A stretch of DNA of 64,000 nucleotides, taken from the IMG/VR virus record IMGVR_UViG_3300035696_000005, positions 64,001 through 128,000 of that record; one strand, 5' to 3'. Each line of letters opens with the position of its first letter. Within the stretch, counting starts at the first letter, position 1. The translations under genes and the position numbers were made by a program. Shown here piece by piece: positions 19,262-28,501 of this stretch. The DNA is from a virus. The notes beneath the pieces are model-generated. The model searched no databases. It worked only from the letters and a program-made list of their open reading frames with translations, and was not told where the DNA came from.

Positions 19262-19394
19262 TATCCAGGACGATTGCTTTGATTCCTCTTTTGTCCCACT
19301 CGATTTTTGTAATCGTGCGACCGCGTAGAACCTCGTTCCAGAACTCTTTGTTCAATGAGTAGGGTTTCCATTTTGTTCTATATTTAGAAGTCAT
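19209..19394 (-). CDS. Hypothetical protein
   Basis: Operon-contiguous ORF. Confidence 0.5.
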   Translation of the reverse strand: MTSKYRTKWKPYSLNKEFWNEVLRGRTITKIEWDKRGIKAIVLDSGERIYPHPTGRFYIED

Positions 19395-19952
19395 TTAGTT
19401 GTCCCCAGTAAACTCAGCCACACTTGCACGCGGCTTGTTTGGATTGAAGCCTTTGCCAGCCGATCTCAAATTCCCAGTCATTCCCCCAATATTGACCATT
19501 TGTTGAGCGGCTGATTGTGTTTGTTCGGGAGCGAGAGCTGCGTCCAGGAACGCATCAGCATTCCCGCCTGCATTCGGTGCCGTGTACTGAGGAGGCTGAA
19601 TTTCATCCTCAACTGTCTCAGCAGTTGATTTCACTTCTTCAGGTAGATCATCCTCAGAGAGATCGTGTGCATTTGGATCTTCCCCCTCCGCCTCCTCAAG
19701 AGCCTCTTCTCTTTCCTTATAAACGGTCGGTGGCTTTAGCGCGGTGGACTCCTGAGGTTCCCCGCCCAGGATCACTTCAGTACCGTCGAGTTCGGAAAGA
19801 ATCGATGCGATATTTTCTGAGAGCATGCGATCGAAGTAATCTGCAAATTCTTTTTCAAGCTGGTCCACAGTTGAGCCAGAGAGCATTGCTAGGGCACGAA
19901 GTTTCTTGAGGGTTTTATCTGAGAGCTGAAGGGTGAGGGTAGGCGAAGCCAT
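19395..19952 (-). CDS. Hypothetical protein, possible ribbon-helix-helix N-terminus
   Basis: LTLQLSDKTLKKLRALA; strong RBS. Confidence 0.6.
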   Translation of the reverse strand: MASPTLTLQLSDKTLKKLRALAMLSGSTVDQLEKEFADYFDRMLSENIASILSELDGTEVILGGEPQESTALKPPTVYKEREEALEEAEGEDPNAHDLSEDDLPEEVKSTAETVEDEIQPPQYTAPNAGGNADAFLDAALAPEQTQSAAQQMVNIGGMTGNLRSAGKGFNPNKPRASVAEFTGDN

Positions 19953-20011
19953 ATTGAGTCTCCTTACCCCTAGCCTATCAAAAGAATAGGCTAGGGGAAA
20001 GAAATTCCTAA

Positions 20012-20350
20012 TTAGAGCTTTTCCCAGTTGGCTTCAATAACGTCGGCGATGTGCTTAAACGGCGCACCAGCATCATTGAGCGCGGCGAGGTTGGTGTATA
20101 CTTTGCCTCTATAGGTTACTGGTTCCTCTAGCTCACCATCCTCAGTACCAATACCAGTCAGCTTCATTTTTTCATCATCCAGGACTTCCTCATCCCATGA
20201 ATGGAGCTCCATTCCCATCACTTCACAAAGAACGCCTAGACAGCAGAACTGATTACCGTCTTCATCGTGTTTCTTGAGGTAGCCGTCTCCTTGTCGGTAC
20301 TTATCGCTTCTTAGCGCCTTTACCCAGCTTTCCGCTATTTCTTTTCTCAT
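20012..20350 (-). CDS. W-x-x-ALRS...FCCLGVL family protein (paralogue 1 of 3)
   Basis: Aligns by eye with 44740-45114 and 45099-45449. Confidence 0.75.
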   Translation of the reverse strand: MRKEIAESWVKALRSDKYRQGDGYLKKHDEDGNQFCCLGVLCEVMGMELHSWDEEVLDDEKMKLTGIGTEDGELEEPVTYRGKVYTNLAALNDAGAPFKHIADVIEANWEKL

Positions 20351-20570
20351 CGTGTTTCCTTTCCATAAGCTTGAGGTGGTAAGTGATTCTAAGTTTAATA
20401 TCTTCTTCTATTAGGCAATGTCCTCCGTCGCCATAGTCACATTCTTTGCACGGTTGCTTCCAGTGATCCCATAGAAGCGAAACCAACGCATGAAGGTAGA
20501 TATAGTCTTTAAGACGTTTAAGTACTTGAATTCCTTTTGTCTCGCACGAGTCGAATAAGCCCATTCTCAA
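20301..20570 (-). CDS. Hypothetical protein
   Basis: Contains CKEC; overlaps neighbours. Confidence 0.4.
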   Translation of the reverse strand: MRMGLFDSCETKGIQVLKRLKDYIYLHALVSLLWDHWKQPCKECDYGDGGHCLIEEDIKLRITYHLKLMERKHDEKRNSGKLGKGAKKR

Positions 20571-21192
20571 TCCTCAGTTGCTGATAGCAGTCATATAGTG
20601 CATCGTGTGGTTTGCCGGGAGGCATCTCAATTTCCGGATACGACTCAAACGCCAGGTTGACGAGTTCGTTCCGATTCTCCATTCCAAGAACACACATGGC
20701 TAGACTGATACTTCCACTTTGCTCGTAGACCCTATAGTGATAATCCCCAGTCGGTATATCAACGCCGTTGACTGTTTCCCTATAGAACGGCCTGAGATAC
20801 TGCTGCTCTTCAAGAAATGGAATATCCATCATTGTGGCGTTCCAGCCCATAAAATAGACATAGGGCGGGCGCACTTTGCACTCTTTGAAGAACGCCAGCA
20901 TCTCTTGCCTGATTTCTTCTGCGGTGTTGGGAGCGACAGAGTTGCAGAGCTTGAAGAGTTCTACCATGTTCTCTTTAGCAAACTGTGACTCAGGCTGACA
21001 ACTTGTATGAAGAAACCTATTATAAAATTTCCCTGGTTTCCAAAATCCGTCTATAAAGTCAGCTTCAAGAAGAGCAATCTGTAGAATGTCGTCTCTTTTT
21101 TTATCTGTATTTACCGCTTCAATATCTAAAACGAAATGTTTTTCTCTCATCCTTGAGCTCCTTAAAGATGGGTGCCCGTGGTTAGCGGGCAC
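20518..21192 (-). CDS. DEDDh 3'-5' exonuclease (DnaQ-like)
   Basis: VLDIEA, GWNATMMDIPFL, HDALYD. Confidence 0.8.
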   Translation of the reverse strand: MPANHGHPSLRSSRMREKHFVLDIEAVNTDKKRDDILQIALLEADFIDGFWKPGKFYNRFLHTSCQPESQFAKENMVELFKLCNSVAPNTAEEIRQEMLAFFKECKVRPPYVYFMGWNATMMDIPFLEEQQYLRPFYRETVNGVDIPTGDYHYRVYEQSGSISLAMCVLGMENRNELVNLAFESYPEIEMPPGKPHDALYDCYQQLRIENGLIRLVRDKRNSST

Positions 21193-21201
21193 CCAATTTG
21201 A

Positions 21202-21438
21202 TTACTTAGCGGGCTTAGCTTTAGGAGCCGGAGCTTTCGCCTGAGCCGCTTGCGGGCTAGGCGCAGGCTTAGGCCAACACGGCATGCCCCCATTCGAAGT
21301 ATAGCAAACAACCTCGGCTGTTTCGCATCGAGCAAATCCCAGACTATCATCCAGGTGAACGCAGTAGTCGTTCTTCTTTGCACTTGCACAGCCAGCTAAT
21401 ACCACAACAGCCAAAACTAACAGATATTTCAGTTTCAT
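21202..21438 (-). CDS. Lipoprotein
   Basis: Signal peptide with lipobox LAGC. Confidence 0.7.
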   Translation of the reverse strand: MKLKYLLVLAVVVLAGCASAKKNDYCVHLDDSLGFARCETAEVVCYTSNGGMPCWPKPAPSPQAAQAKAPAPKAKPAK

Positions 21439-21450
21439 TCGTTTCTCCTT

Positions 21451-22044
21451 TTAGTCTTTGTACTGAATTCTAGGACAGATTTTCGACTTAGCCGCTACAG
21501 CATACTGAACTGCTACGGCTACTCCAGATAGCCCTTCACTGGAAGGTTTTGATTTAACATCACTGACATAGTCACCCAGCTTGTCGAGACCGAAGGCGAC
21601 ACCCCAGATAACTGCAACGAGTACCGCTATGGCAGCAAAAAGAAACAGTATAGCCTCCGCATTATGACTATGATTATGAAGCCACGACCAGAGAAGTCCT
21701 GGAATCAAACCGATCAGTACGACGACCGTAGCAAAGATGCCAACAGAGAAGATGAGAAACCACGGCACGTACCAAACCCAGCTCCAGAAGTATCCACAGA
21801 TGGACCCTGGATCGGGCTTTCTCACACCAAAGAAGTCTCTGGCTGTTTCATAGAGTCGGTAATGCCAGCTTTTCCGACTAATCACGAGATTATCCATCGA
21901 GAACACTCCCGCCCTTTGGGGGCTTGCTGACTGATTGGTATGCAGGCTGTGGCTGGGGTGTGACTTGTGCTGGCTGTGCCTGAGCCTGGCTTTGAGTTTG
22001 GTTCGCATTGGGTTTGTCCTTGAAAAGAACGATACTGTCACCAT
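21451..22044 (-). CDS. Membrane protein
   Basis: Probable start MDNLVISRKSWHY; hydrophobic segments. Confidence 0.6.
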   Translation of the reverse strand: MVTVSFFSRTNPMRTKLKARLRHSQHKSHPSHSLHTNQSASPQRAGVFSMDNLVISRKSWHYRLYETARDFFGVRKPDPGSICGYFWSWVWYVPWFLIFSVGIFATVVVLIGLIPGLLWSWLHNHSHNAEAILFLFAAIAVLVAVIWGVAFGLDKLGDYVSDVKSKPSSEGLSGVAVAVQYAVAAKSKICPRIQYKD

Positions 22045-22213
22045 CGTTTGAAATCACATAGACGGCGCTCACAATCCCACCCATGAAGAAACCAAGGGCT
22101 GTCGCAGCACTCTTGGCTGTGATCTGACCGTCGCGTTTCAAGGCTTGCTTGATCATGTAATAAGCCGAGAAGCCACCACAGATCAGCCATGCAAATTCAA
22201 GAAAGTTCCACAT
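21890..22213 (-). CDS. Membrane protein with Gln/Pro tail
   Basis: Two hydrophobic helices. Confidence 0.55.
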   Translation of the reverse strand: MWNFLEFAWLICGGFSAYYMIKQALKRDGQITAKSAATALGFFMGGIVSAVYVISNDGDSIVLFKDKPNANQTQSQAQAQPAQVTPQPQPAYQSVSKPPKGGSVLDG

Positions 22214-22215
22214 AA

Positions 22216-22587
22216 CTATTTCTTCCTTCCTGCTTCAAGAATAGGAAGACCCGCTTCTGTTGGCAGATAGATGATCTGCGCATTGGGGTTTTCCTTGAGT
22301 CCTTCGATGTAAAGCCATCGAAGGTAAGCCTCATTGTTTTTCAGGGAATCGCCGATGATAGCATTGGCTTTTGCCACACCTTCGGCACGAGCAATCTCTG
22401 CTGATGCCAAGTGGGTTGCGGCCTGTTCTTTTGCAAGCGCCTCCTGAACAGCAACTTTGGTGTTGTACTCGGCCTTGGAGAGTTCAGCCTTACCATCCAT
22501 CTCGGATTCCCAAACATGGTAGGGAGGCCAGATGCCGCACCCACTGACGGATACAGACAGCAAAAGCAGTGCAATTAGCTTTTTCAT
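22216..22587 (-). CDS. SPFH/stomatin-associated-like lipoprotein
   Basis: Lipobox VSGC; G.AEL...E, AEIARAEGVAKAN.IIG.SL..NEAYLRWLYI...IYLPTEAGLPILEAG. Confidence 0.7.
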   Translation of the reverse strand: MKKLIALLLLSVSVSGCGIWPPYHVWESEMDGKAELSKAEYNTKVAVQEALAKEQAATHLASAEIARAEGVAKANAIIGDSLKNNEAYLRWLYIEGLKENPNAQIIYLPTEAGLPILEAGRKK

Positions 22588-22850
22588 CGTGTGCTTCCTC
22601 TTTCTTCGAGTTCATGGGTAACAGGCGGATCGACCAATTTGATCGAACAAGTGCTGTACTTACGACCAACGACTGCGTCGCAGATGCGAGCGTTAAAGCC
22701 AGTGTCGAGCTCTACCTTACAGAAGTTCTCGCACATAGTGCTTACGCGACAGCTGATGATTTTCTTCACCTGAACAATGTCGCAGCTCTTGCTTGATGGA
22801 TCGTGTGCGCAGCCAGAAAGTAATACCAGAAACAACCAATACTTTTTCAT
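22584..22850 (-). CDS. Cys-rich lipoprotein
   Basis: Lipobox LSGC. Confidence 0.6.
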   Translation of the reverse strand: MKKYWLFLVLLSGCAHDPSSKSCDIVQVKKIISCRVSTMCENFCKVELDTGFNARICDAVVGRKYSTCSIKLVDPPVTHELEERGSTR

Positions 22851-23111
22851 TCATCCTCTTCTTTCTTGTATCTCGGGACGGTTTGCTTTTCGGAGAAGCA
22901 TGGTAGCTCCTGCTTCAGGCATTGGATCAAAAAATATATCTTGAAACTCTCCTGCTCCGTGCGTTGCGTGTCCAAGAACGTACCACGGGTGACGAGCATC
23001 TCCACTCTGAGCAATACCCATCACAACAGCAAACTCTCCTCTACGAAACCACCCCGATGGGTGATCTTGGTTGAACTTAATCATATCTCCTGGAAGATAT
23101 CCTGCGGTCAT
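22851..23111 (-). CDS. Hypothetical protein
   Basis: Operon-contiguous ORF. Confidence 0.5.
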   Translation of the reverse strand: MTAGYLPGDMIKFNQDHPSGWFRRGEFAVVMGIAQSGDARHPWYVLGHATHGAGEFQDIFFDPMPEAGATMLLRKANRPEIQERRG

Positions 23112-23114
23112 TTC

Positions 23115-23378
23115 TTACCTCGGTGAAATCAAACAAACCCAACCACTAGCTTGCGGAAACTTCTCCCGACAAGCTTCGTAGTGAAGGTAATGCATGAGAG
23201 CCCAAAAGCCAATACCAATCGCCAAGGAAAGATAAAGCTTCTTTTTCCAGCGAGGCATTGGATGGTTTTTTCGTTTTGCTTTCTCAACGTAGGCAGCGAC
23301 ATGATCGAGCGCCTCTGGGGAGAGTGCGTGGATTGAAGCTTCGAGCTCCTTAAGAGCCATCTCTTTTTCTGTACTCAT
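23115..23378 (-). CDS. Membrane-anchored hypothetical protein
   Basis: ATGA-coupled to terC. Confidence 0.55.
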   Translation of the reverse strand: MSTEKEMALKELEASIHALSPEALDHVAAYVEKAKRKNHPMPRWKKKLYLSLAIGIGFWALMHYLHYEACREKFPQASGWVCLISPR

Positions 23379-24058
23379 ACAATTCCTTTCACTTGATCAG
23401 TTGTGCAAGCCTGAACTTTCTCGGTAAAACCAGAAAGAAGAGCTAGCGCCATTCCTCCCCAGAAAACCCAGAAACTCAGGTGTGCTGAGGATTCAAAGTT
23501 TGCTCCTTGGATCTTAGCTCCTTCCATGACCATCTTAAGACCTACGATCAATACAAGAAGATAAGCACTTCGTTCAAGCTTCGGGAAAACCTCAATAGCT
23601 CGAATGAAGAGTCCGGATACAAATCGCATCATAGTGATGCCTAAAACGCCACCAGTGAAAACAACCCAAAACTTCTTACTCACAGCAACAGAAGCCAAGA
23701 TCGAGTCCATGGAAAAGGTGATGTCCGTGAGTTCCACGAACACCACCATCTTCCAGAACTTTCTAGAAAGTGCCTGCGCATCTGTCTTGGATTCATCCTC
23801 TTCGGGAGGACCGAAGAAGTGGTGCATTGCCATCCAAATCAAGTAACCGCCTCCCAGGAACTTCACCCAGTAAGAGCGCATCAAATAGGTTAGAAAGGCT
23901 AATGCAGTAAAGCGAAAACCATAGGCTCCGAAGATCCCGTAGGTTAACGCTTTCTTTTGTTGATTGTGAGGAAGGTGTTTCACCATGGCTGCAAGAGCCA
24001 GAGCATTATCAAAAGACAGGAGCCCTTCGAGAATGATCAAAAAACCAATAGCAACCAA
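23375..24058 (-). CDS. terC: TerC-family membrane protein; native start apparently lost at the 24068 junction
   Basis: LEGLLSFDNA, AYGFRF, VELTDITFSMDSILA; upstream codons AGG TCA CTT CAA GAC where ATG is expected, no RBS. Confidence 0.8.
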   Translation of the reverse strand: MVAIGFLIILEGLLSFDNALALAAMVKHLPHNQQKKALTYGIFGAYGFRFTALAFLTYLMRSYWVKFLGGGYLIWMAMHHFFGPPEEDESKTDAQALSRKFWKMVVFVELTDITFSMDSILASVAVSKKFWVVFTGGVLGITMMRFVSGLFIRAIEVFPKLERSAYLLVLIVGLKMVMEGAKIQGANFESSAHLSFWVFWGGMALALLSGFTEKVQACTTDQVKGIV

Positions 24059-24066
24059 GTCTTGAA

Positions 24067-24156
24067 GTGACCTACAACAAGCAGGACAACTCCGCTGAAA
24101 TCACCGAAGGCGCTCTTGAAGCCGAGTGCCATCTCGAAGCTCCGGACGCTCAGTAA
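24067..24156 (+). pseudogene. Headless 3' gene fragment (VTYNKQ...PDAQ*) followed by terminator
   Basis: GC3-rich codons, no RBS, in-frame stop at 24049; hairpin with U-tract at 24184-24220. Confidence 0.5.
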
Positions 24157-24511
24157 TCCGCTTCGTTTCATTTACGATGGGGCAAAGGGGCGGGCTCAGG
24201 CTTGCCCCTTTTTCTTTTCCCTTTCCGCCATTTTCCCGATTTTAAATAGCCCTAAACCAAACTGGCATCGTCCGCTGTGCAAAAGAGAACTGTGTAATTA
24301 CATGGACTTAGGAAGCAACTCTGAAATTCAAGCGCGGTACATATAAACTAAATTAGCTGCACTGAGGCCAACAGTTAATGATTTGCCGCGCATTCTGAAT
24401 GTCCTTCACAATGACATATTAGTTGAATACGGCTGTACCTTGGATATGGCAGGTCGGAGAACGGCGTTTGGCGAATTAGCGTAATCCACTGATTTCCGCT
24501 ATAATAGAAAT

Positions 24512-24745
24512 ATGTCGAACGAACGGCGTAAGCAACTCAAAGAGCTAAAAGAGAGTACAGGCGGCTACATGTCCGTAGATCGCCGCCAGGCACTTCGCCA
24601 GAATGCTGCTGACATTCAACGTCTAGTAAGACCCTTAGTTAGTCCCCAGCAACCCGCTCGCCCAGCCCCTCAGGCTGCAACTACACCGCCTACGACAACC
24701 CCTCCCCCAGCTTCCGGCACTGGCCCAGGCACAAGAAGGCAATAG
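24512..24745 (+). CDS. Small Pro/Thr-rich protein, leaderless
   Basis: TATAAT then 6 nt then ATG; ends in TAG. Confidence 0.6.
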   Translation: MSNERRKQLKELKESTGGYMSVDRRQALRQNAADIQRLVRPLVSPQQPARPAPQAATTPPTTTPPPASGTGPGTRRQ

Positions 24746-25037
24746 CTTATTTCTCCAATATCGCTCACCCAAACGTTAGTCCTGTGGGGCGTACCAGGAT
24801 TTTTCGCTCTATTCCTTTTTCAAGTGGGGATGCAGGCGAGAAATCGAAATGGGTGGGACTTCGTTGCTCAAGCCGCCGCGTTTGCGATGCTTTGCTTCGC
24901 CGTTTCCCGAATTGAACAAATTCTTCTCAAGCACATTCTGTGTGAACACTTCTATGCTTCTTTGAAAGGTTTTTGGAATTCTACCTTTCCCTACGAAGGC
25001 TCAGCTCAATATTTTCTCGCATCAGTTACTGCGGTCA
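24746..25037 (+). pseudogene. 5' part of a membrane-protein gene (PGF motif, DUF6338-like) truncated at the 25037 junction
   Basis: LISPISLTQTLVLWGVPGFFALFLFQ in frame after the TAG of 24512-24745; runs into antisense of the vWA gene. Confidence 0.4.
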
Positions 25038-25635
25038 GGTTTTTCTTCCCGATCGATTCCACCGTCAAGGTGTCCACGATGTCATACTTCGCGCCTTCTT
25101 TTTCGAGATCGTCGTCGAGACGATTCAAGAAAGCAGTCGCTTTGTCGTCGTGTCCGACCTGCACGAAAGTGATGTTGAGCTCATCCGGATTCGTGAGGCG
25201 GTTGGCCGCGTTCACGATCACTTTGGCGACCTTAGCTTGGTCGTCCGGCTCACCATCGGTCACGACGAAGATGGCTTCGCCGTTTGCTTTGGTCTTGCCT
25301 GCGGCTTTGCGGACGAGGTAGTCGTCCAGCTCAGCTGCGAGGGCAAGGTGCAGCGCAGTGCTGCCACCCGGCTCGGTGGTCTTGAAGATCTGCTCGACTT
25401 TGTCCGCTTTCACGCCAGTGTAGCGAACGGGGGCAGTCGAGAAGACTTGGAAGAAGATGCCTTCCGGCGACAGCTCAGCGAGTTTCGAAGCAACGCCAAT
25501 GGACGTTTCTTCGACAGCGGCCCAGCGGCTTTGAGTGCCGGTAGAGCCCGCGTCAGCAGTTCGCATGCTTCCGCTACGATCGATGAGAAGAGCGTAGTCG
25601 CGATTCAAGAGTGCCGGGTTAAGTGCCATAGTCAT
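25006..25635 (-). CDS. vWA domain protein; C-terminus probably replaced at 25033
   Basis: MIDAS DRSGS, GGST, VTDGEPD. Confidence 0.85.
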   Translation of the reverse strand: MTMALNPALLNRDYALLIDRSGSMRTADAGSTGTQSRWAAVEETSIGVASKLAELSPEGIFFQVFSTAPVRYTGVKADKVEQIFKTTEPGGSTALHLALAAELDDYLVRKAAGKTKANGEAIFVVTDGEPDDQAKVAKVIVNAANRLTNPDELNITFVQVGHDDKATAFLNRLDDDLEKEGAKYDIVDTLTVESIGKKNLTAVTDARKY

Positions 25636-25723
25636 TCTGATTCTCCTTTGATTGGTACTTCATTGATTAGCTAATCGAGTGGATAATCCACCCCTTTGTA
25701 GATGATCGATCACCTACAAAACT

Positions 25724-25951
25724 TTACGCAGCCGGAGGTAGATCCGGCTCTTCAGTCTTTTTGTCCTTCAGGTACTGAAGAAGCTTCTGGTAACACTCAA
25801 CTTCAGTGTCTGCAAGAAGCGATATCGGGCTCATTTTGAAATCAAGAAACTTAGGAATGCACTTCCCACTTTTTGTCCTCTCGATCTCAACATCCCGACC
25901 AGCAAGTCTACGAACCTGCCTTTTTAAAAACTCAAGATTGGGTTCCGCCAT
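25724..25951 (-). CDS. Hypothetical protein
   Basis: Operon-contiguous ORF. Confidence 0.55.
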   Translation of the reverse strand: MAEPNLEFLKRQVRRLAGRDVEIERTKSGKCIPKFLDFKMSPISLLADTEVECYQKLLQYLKDKKTEEPDLPPAA

Positions 25952-26183
25952 CTTTTACCTCGCTAAGAACTTTCGCAAGAGCAAGAACATCCTTCGCTGA
26001 ATCGAAGTTCTCGGATACGAATTGTTTGAGTGTACTTGTATCTGTTTTGATGAGACTAGGTCCCCCATCGAAGGCGAAAGAGGTTCCATCTTCAAACAAA
26101 AAATAGAGGACACCGTTACTCTCATCTTTGCCGACCCAGGCAAGTTTATTGCCGATCAGCTTCCTCAGCTCACTTATATCCAT
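25932..26183 (-). CDS. Hypothetical protein
   Basis: AAGGAG RBS. Confidence 0.55.
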   Translation of the reverse strand: MDISELRKLIGNKLAWVGKDESNGVLYFLFEDGTSFAFDGGPSLIKTDTSTLKQFVSENFDSAKDVLALAKVLSEVKDGGTQS

Positions 26184-26279
26184 TTATGGCTCCTTTTTGT
26201 TCGCATAAAGCGCGATCTGTGTCATCCAATGCACCACATTTCTGACACGATTTTGTGGTGAGCACAAGAAATAGGACGA

Positions 26280-27263
26280 CTAAGAAGACGACGTAGGTGT
26301 AGTTGCTTCCCGCTCTTCGCACGCTCTCAAAACCTCGCTGAACCGCACCGTGATGAGTTGCCTATCTGAGTGCTTGATGTACTCCTCATGAGTACTTGTG
26401 GCAATCTTCTGAATCCAGCCAAAGACATCGCCATGAAGATTATCCACATGGTGAACAAAGGCTGCCTCAGGAGTTGCCATGTCTACTGGGCTTCCGTAAG
26501 CAAGCTTACCGTGGTGGGCAAGAATCACATGACACATATGATCTCTGATCACTTCAGGTACGCCAAATTTGTTGCAGGTCTCAAAAACCAGCTGGCTCGT
26601 CATCGGGATGTGAGGAACTAATAGCCCCTGTACAGTCTTTTTGAACCCGGCTGATTGCTGGTACTCAAACATTTTACCGAAGTCGTGAAACAACACGCCA
26701 AACATGCAGAGATCTTTGTTAAGAGCATCTCTATAAAACGGAAGAGTAAAGAGCTTCTCGACGGTTTCACACATCTGAGAGGTATGCTCAAGAAGCCCTC
26801 CCACGAAAGCGTGGTGCATGTAGCTTGCTGCAGGGCTGATCCTAAAGCCTTCCTCAAAGCCTTGCTGGTGCATAAGATCAAACGCCACAGTCCTGAAGTA
26901 AGTGCTCTCAAAGCCTTCGATATAGCCGCAAACTTTAGCCCACATCTCCTCAACCGAGTAAGATGAAGTAACTGCGAAGTCTTCGTCATCGGTGCTCTCC
27001 CTAGGAGCGAGGCGTTCAATTTTGATCTGGGGTTTTCCTTCGTATTCACTCACACTTCCAGTAACGTGATAGATCGTATCTACGGCTGGAATAGAAGGTC
27101 CTAGATCCCACATGACAAAGACAACTGAACCGCTCTTATCGGAAAGTGTTCCCCTGGCGAACTGCGTATTTCTTTTAGTGACTCCTGTCTTAACTTCTTT
27201 AAACAGAAAGTCCGCTTGGATTTGCTGACCCATCTGAAGGTCTTTGACCATGAGTTTCGCCAT
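26280..27263 (-). CDS. OB-fold + HD-domain protein (YhaM/Cbf1-like 3'-5' exoribonuclease)
   Basis: N-terminal OB fold, PAA..MHHAFVGGLLEHT, FHDFGK, LAHHG, HHVD. Confidence 0.85.
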   Translation of the reverse strand: MAKLMVKDLQMGQQIQADFLFKEVKTGVTKRNTQFARGTLSDKSGSVVFVMWDLGPSIPAVDTIYHVTGSVSEYEGKPQIKIERLAPRESTDDEDFAVTSSYSVEEMWAKVCGYIEGFESTYFRTVAFDLMHQQGFEEGFRISPAASYMHHAFVGGLLEHTSQMCETVEKLFTLPFYRDALNKDLCMFGVLFHDFGKMFEYQQSAGFKKTVQGLLVPHIPMTSQLVFETCNKFGVPEVIRDHMCHVILAHHGKLAYGSPVDMATPEAAFVHHVDNLHGDVFGWIQKIATSTHEEYIKHSDRQLITVRFSEVLRACEEREATTPTSSS

Positions 27264-27693
27264 CTTTTCCTTCTTCCTTTTGAATCTCTTTTTCGTACTC
27301 GTTTACGAGCTTCTTGATGTTCTCGAACGACGTAGCGAATACCTTTTCTTTATCAAGCTCAGGCAAGCCATGCAGAACGATTGCGATCTGTTGAGCCATC
27401 AAGTGAAACGTGACGTTTGCCACCATATTGCACTGGGCAATAGGTTGCACAGCTGCTGCCGGGTTGACCTCCTCACCTTTGAAGAAAAGAAGGTTCTGAA
27501 GCACAGTAGGAAGTGGTTGATACTGATTCTCACCCACCTTCTGGTAGAGATTTCTCAGCTCGCCTGCATCCTTCTGCGCTTCGTTCCAGGGAGTATAAAG
27601 GGGTTTAAAGTCAGCGAAAAAATCGTGAAGGCTCTCACCAAGGCTGGTGAGTAGTTTGGCCTCCGTCACTTGCAAGAACTGTTTTGGGTGCAT
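27199..27693 (-). CDS. Hypothetical protein
   Basis: Operon-contiguous ORF; start uncertain. Confidence 0.5.
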   Translation of the reverse strand: MHPKQFLQVTEAKLLTSLGESLHDFFADFKPLYTPWNEAQKDAGELRNLYQKVGENQYQPLPTVLQNLLFFKGEEVNPAAAVQPIAQCNMVANVTFHLMAQQIAIVLHGLPELDKEKVFATSFENIKKLVNEYEKEIQKEEGKDGETHGQRPSDGSANPSGLSV

Positions 27694-27988
27694 ATTGAGT
27701 CTCCTGGCCCAATTCTTTCATTGCTTCACGTAGTAAGTCAACGGAAACTAAGCTAAAGAACTCAACTTGTTCCTTTCCAGTAGTGGGTTTCGTCGTGTAG
27801 ATCATGAGTTCACCCGAGGCATGCTTGGCAATTCTCAAGTTAGGTCCAATCTGTTTACTTCGGGATTGCATCACAAACGAGTTAATTTCTTGACTCACCT
27901 GCTCCAGAGAAAGCTGGAGCTGCTGCTTTCTTTGTCTTAGGCTCTTCAGTTGGGAACGGGATTCTGATTCAAAGAAATCGGGTTGCAT
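27635..27988 (-). CDS. Hypothetical protein
   Basis: GGAGGT RBS. Confidence 0.55.
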   Translation of the reverse strand: MQPDFFESESRSQLKSLRQRKQQLQLSLEQVSQEINSFVMQSRSKQIGPNLRIAKHASGELMIYTTKPTTGKEQVEFFSLVSVDLLREAMKELGQETQYAPKTVLASDGGQTTHQPW

Positions 27989-27991
27989 AGG

Positions 27992-28240
27992 TTACCTCCG
28001 AGGGGCGTTACGAACAGCAACAATAATTGCGTTAATGCGTGTACGAAGCGGACTTGGGTTGGACCCACTACTGAACTTCCAAAGCTCTTTTTTGAACTTA
28101 TTCAGGCAATGCATACATGTGACATTGCTGATCTCTGCAGTACTCGGCGCAGTCGCAACATAACTGTTGCATGCAACATAGGACGCTAGGCTGTTGTCAA
28201 TCATCGCGGATAGTTTAAGATGGACCTTTGGTCTGGCCAT
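27992..28240 (-). CDS. Hypothetical Cys-containing protein
   Basis: VTCMHC motif. Confidence 0.55.
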   Translation of the reverse strand: MARPKVHLKLSAMIDNSLASYVACNSYVATAPSTAEISNVTCMHCLNKFKKELWKFSSGSNPSPLRTRINAIIVAVRNAPRR

Positions 28241-28415
28241 TTTGTGTCTCCTTTTGAATTAGTAACAAATACGATCTGAGTTTACATTCAAGGCAATTTG
28301 GGAACATTACGTCCTTATGCCTGTGTCTATACAACAAGTATTCGATTGCTTCTTCGGTTAGTTGCTTAATTTGATTCATAGAAGAAAGAGGTACCCCTGA
28401 GTCGGATTCGCTCAT
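28215..28415 (-). CDS. Hypothetical protein
   Basis: ORF downstream of promoter. Confidence 0.45.
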   Translation of the reverse strand: MSESDSGVPLSSMNQIKQLTEEAIEYLLYRHRHKDVMFPNCLECKLRSYLLLIQKETQNGQTKGPS

Positions 28416-28472
28416 AAAAATTGCCCGTGCCTTGTGACTAAGCTCTTCGAACGAAGAGCGAAGGTATCTTTT

Positions 28473-28501
28473 AGTGTATGAAGAAGTGAGTAACCCGTCA
28501 A
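28473..28501 (-). promoter_or_regulatory. sigma70-like promoter
   Basis: TTGACG-N17-TACACT, intergenic. Confidence 0.65.

Noticed and set aside
24068-25037. IS element or simple programmed invertible switch
   Set aside because: No transposase or recombinase, end repeat only 5 bp, and re-inversion does not restore a terC start
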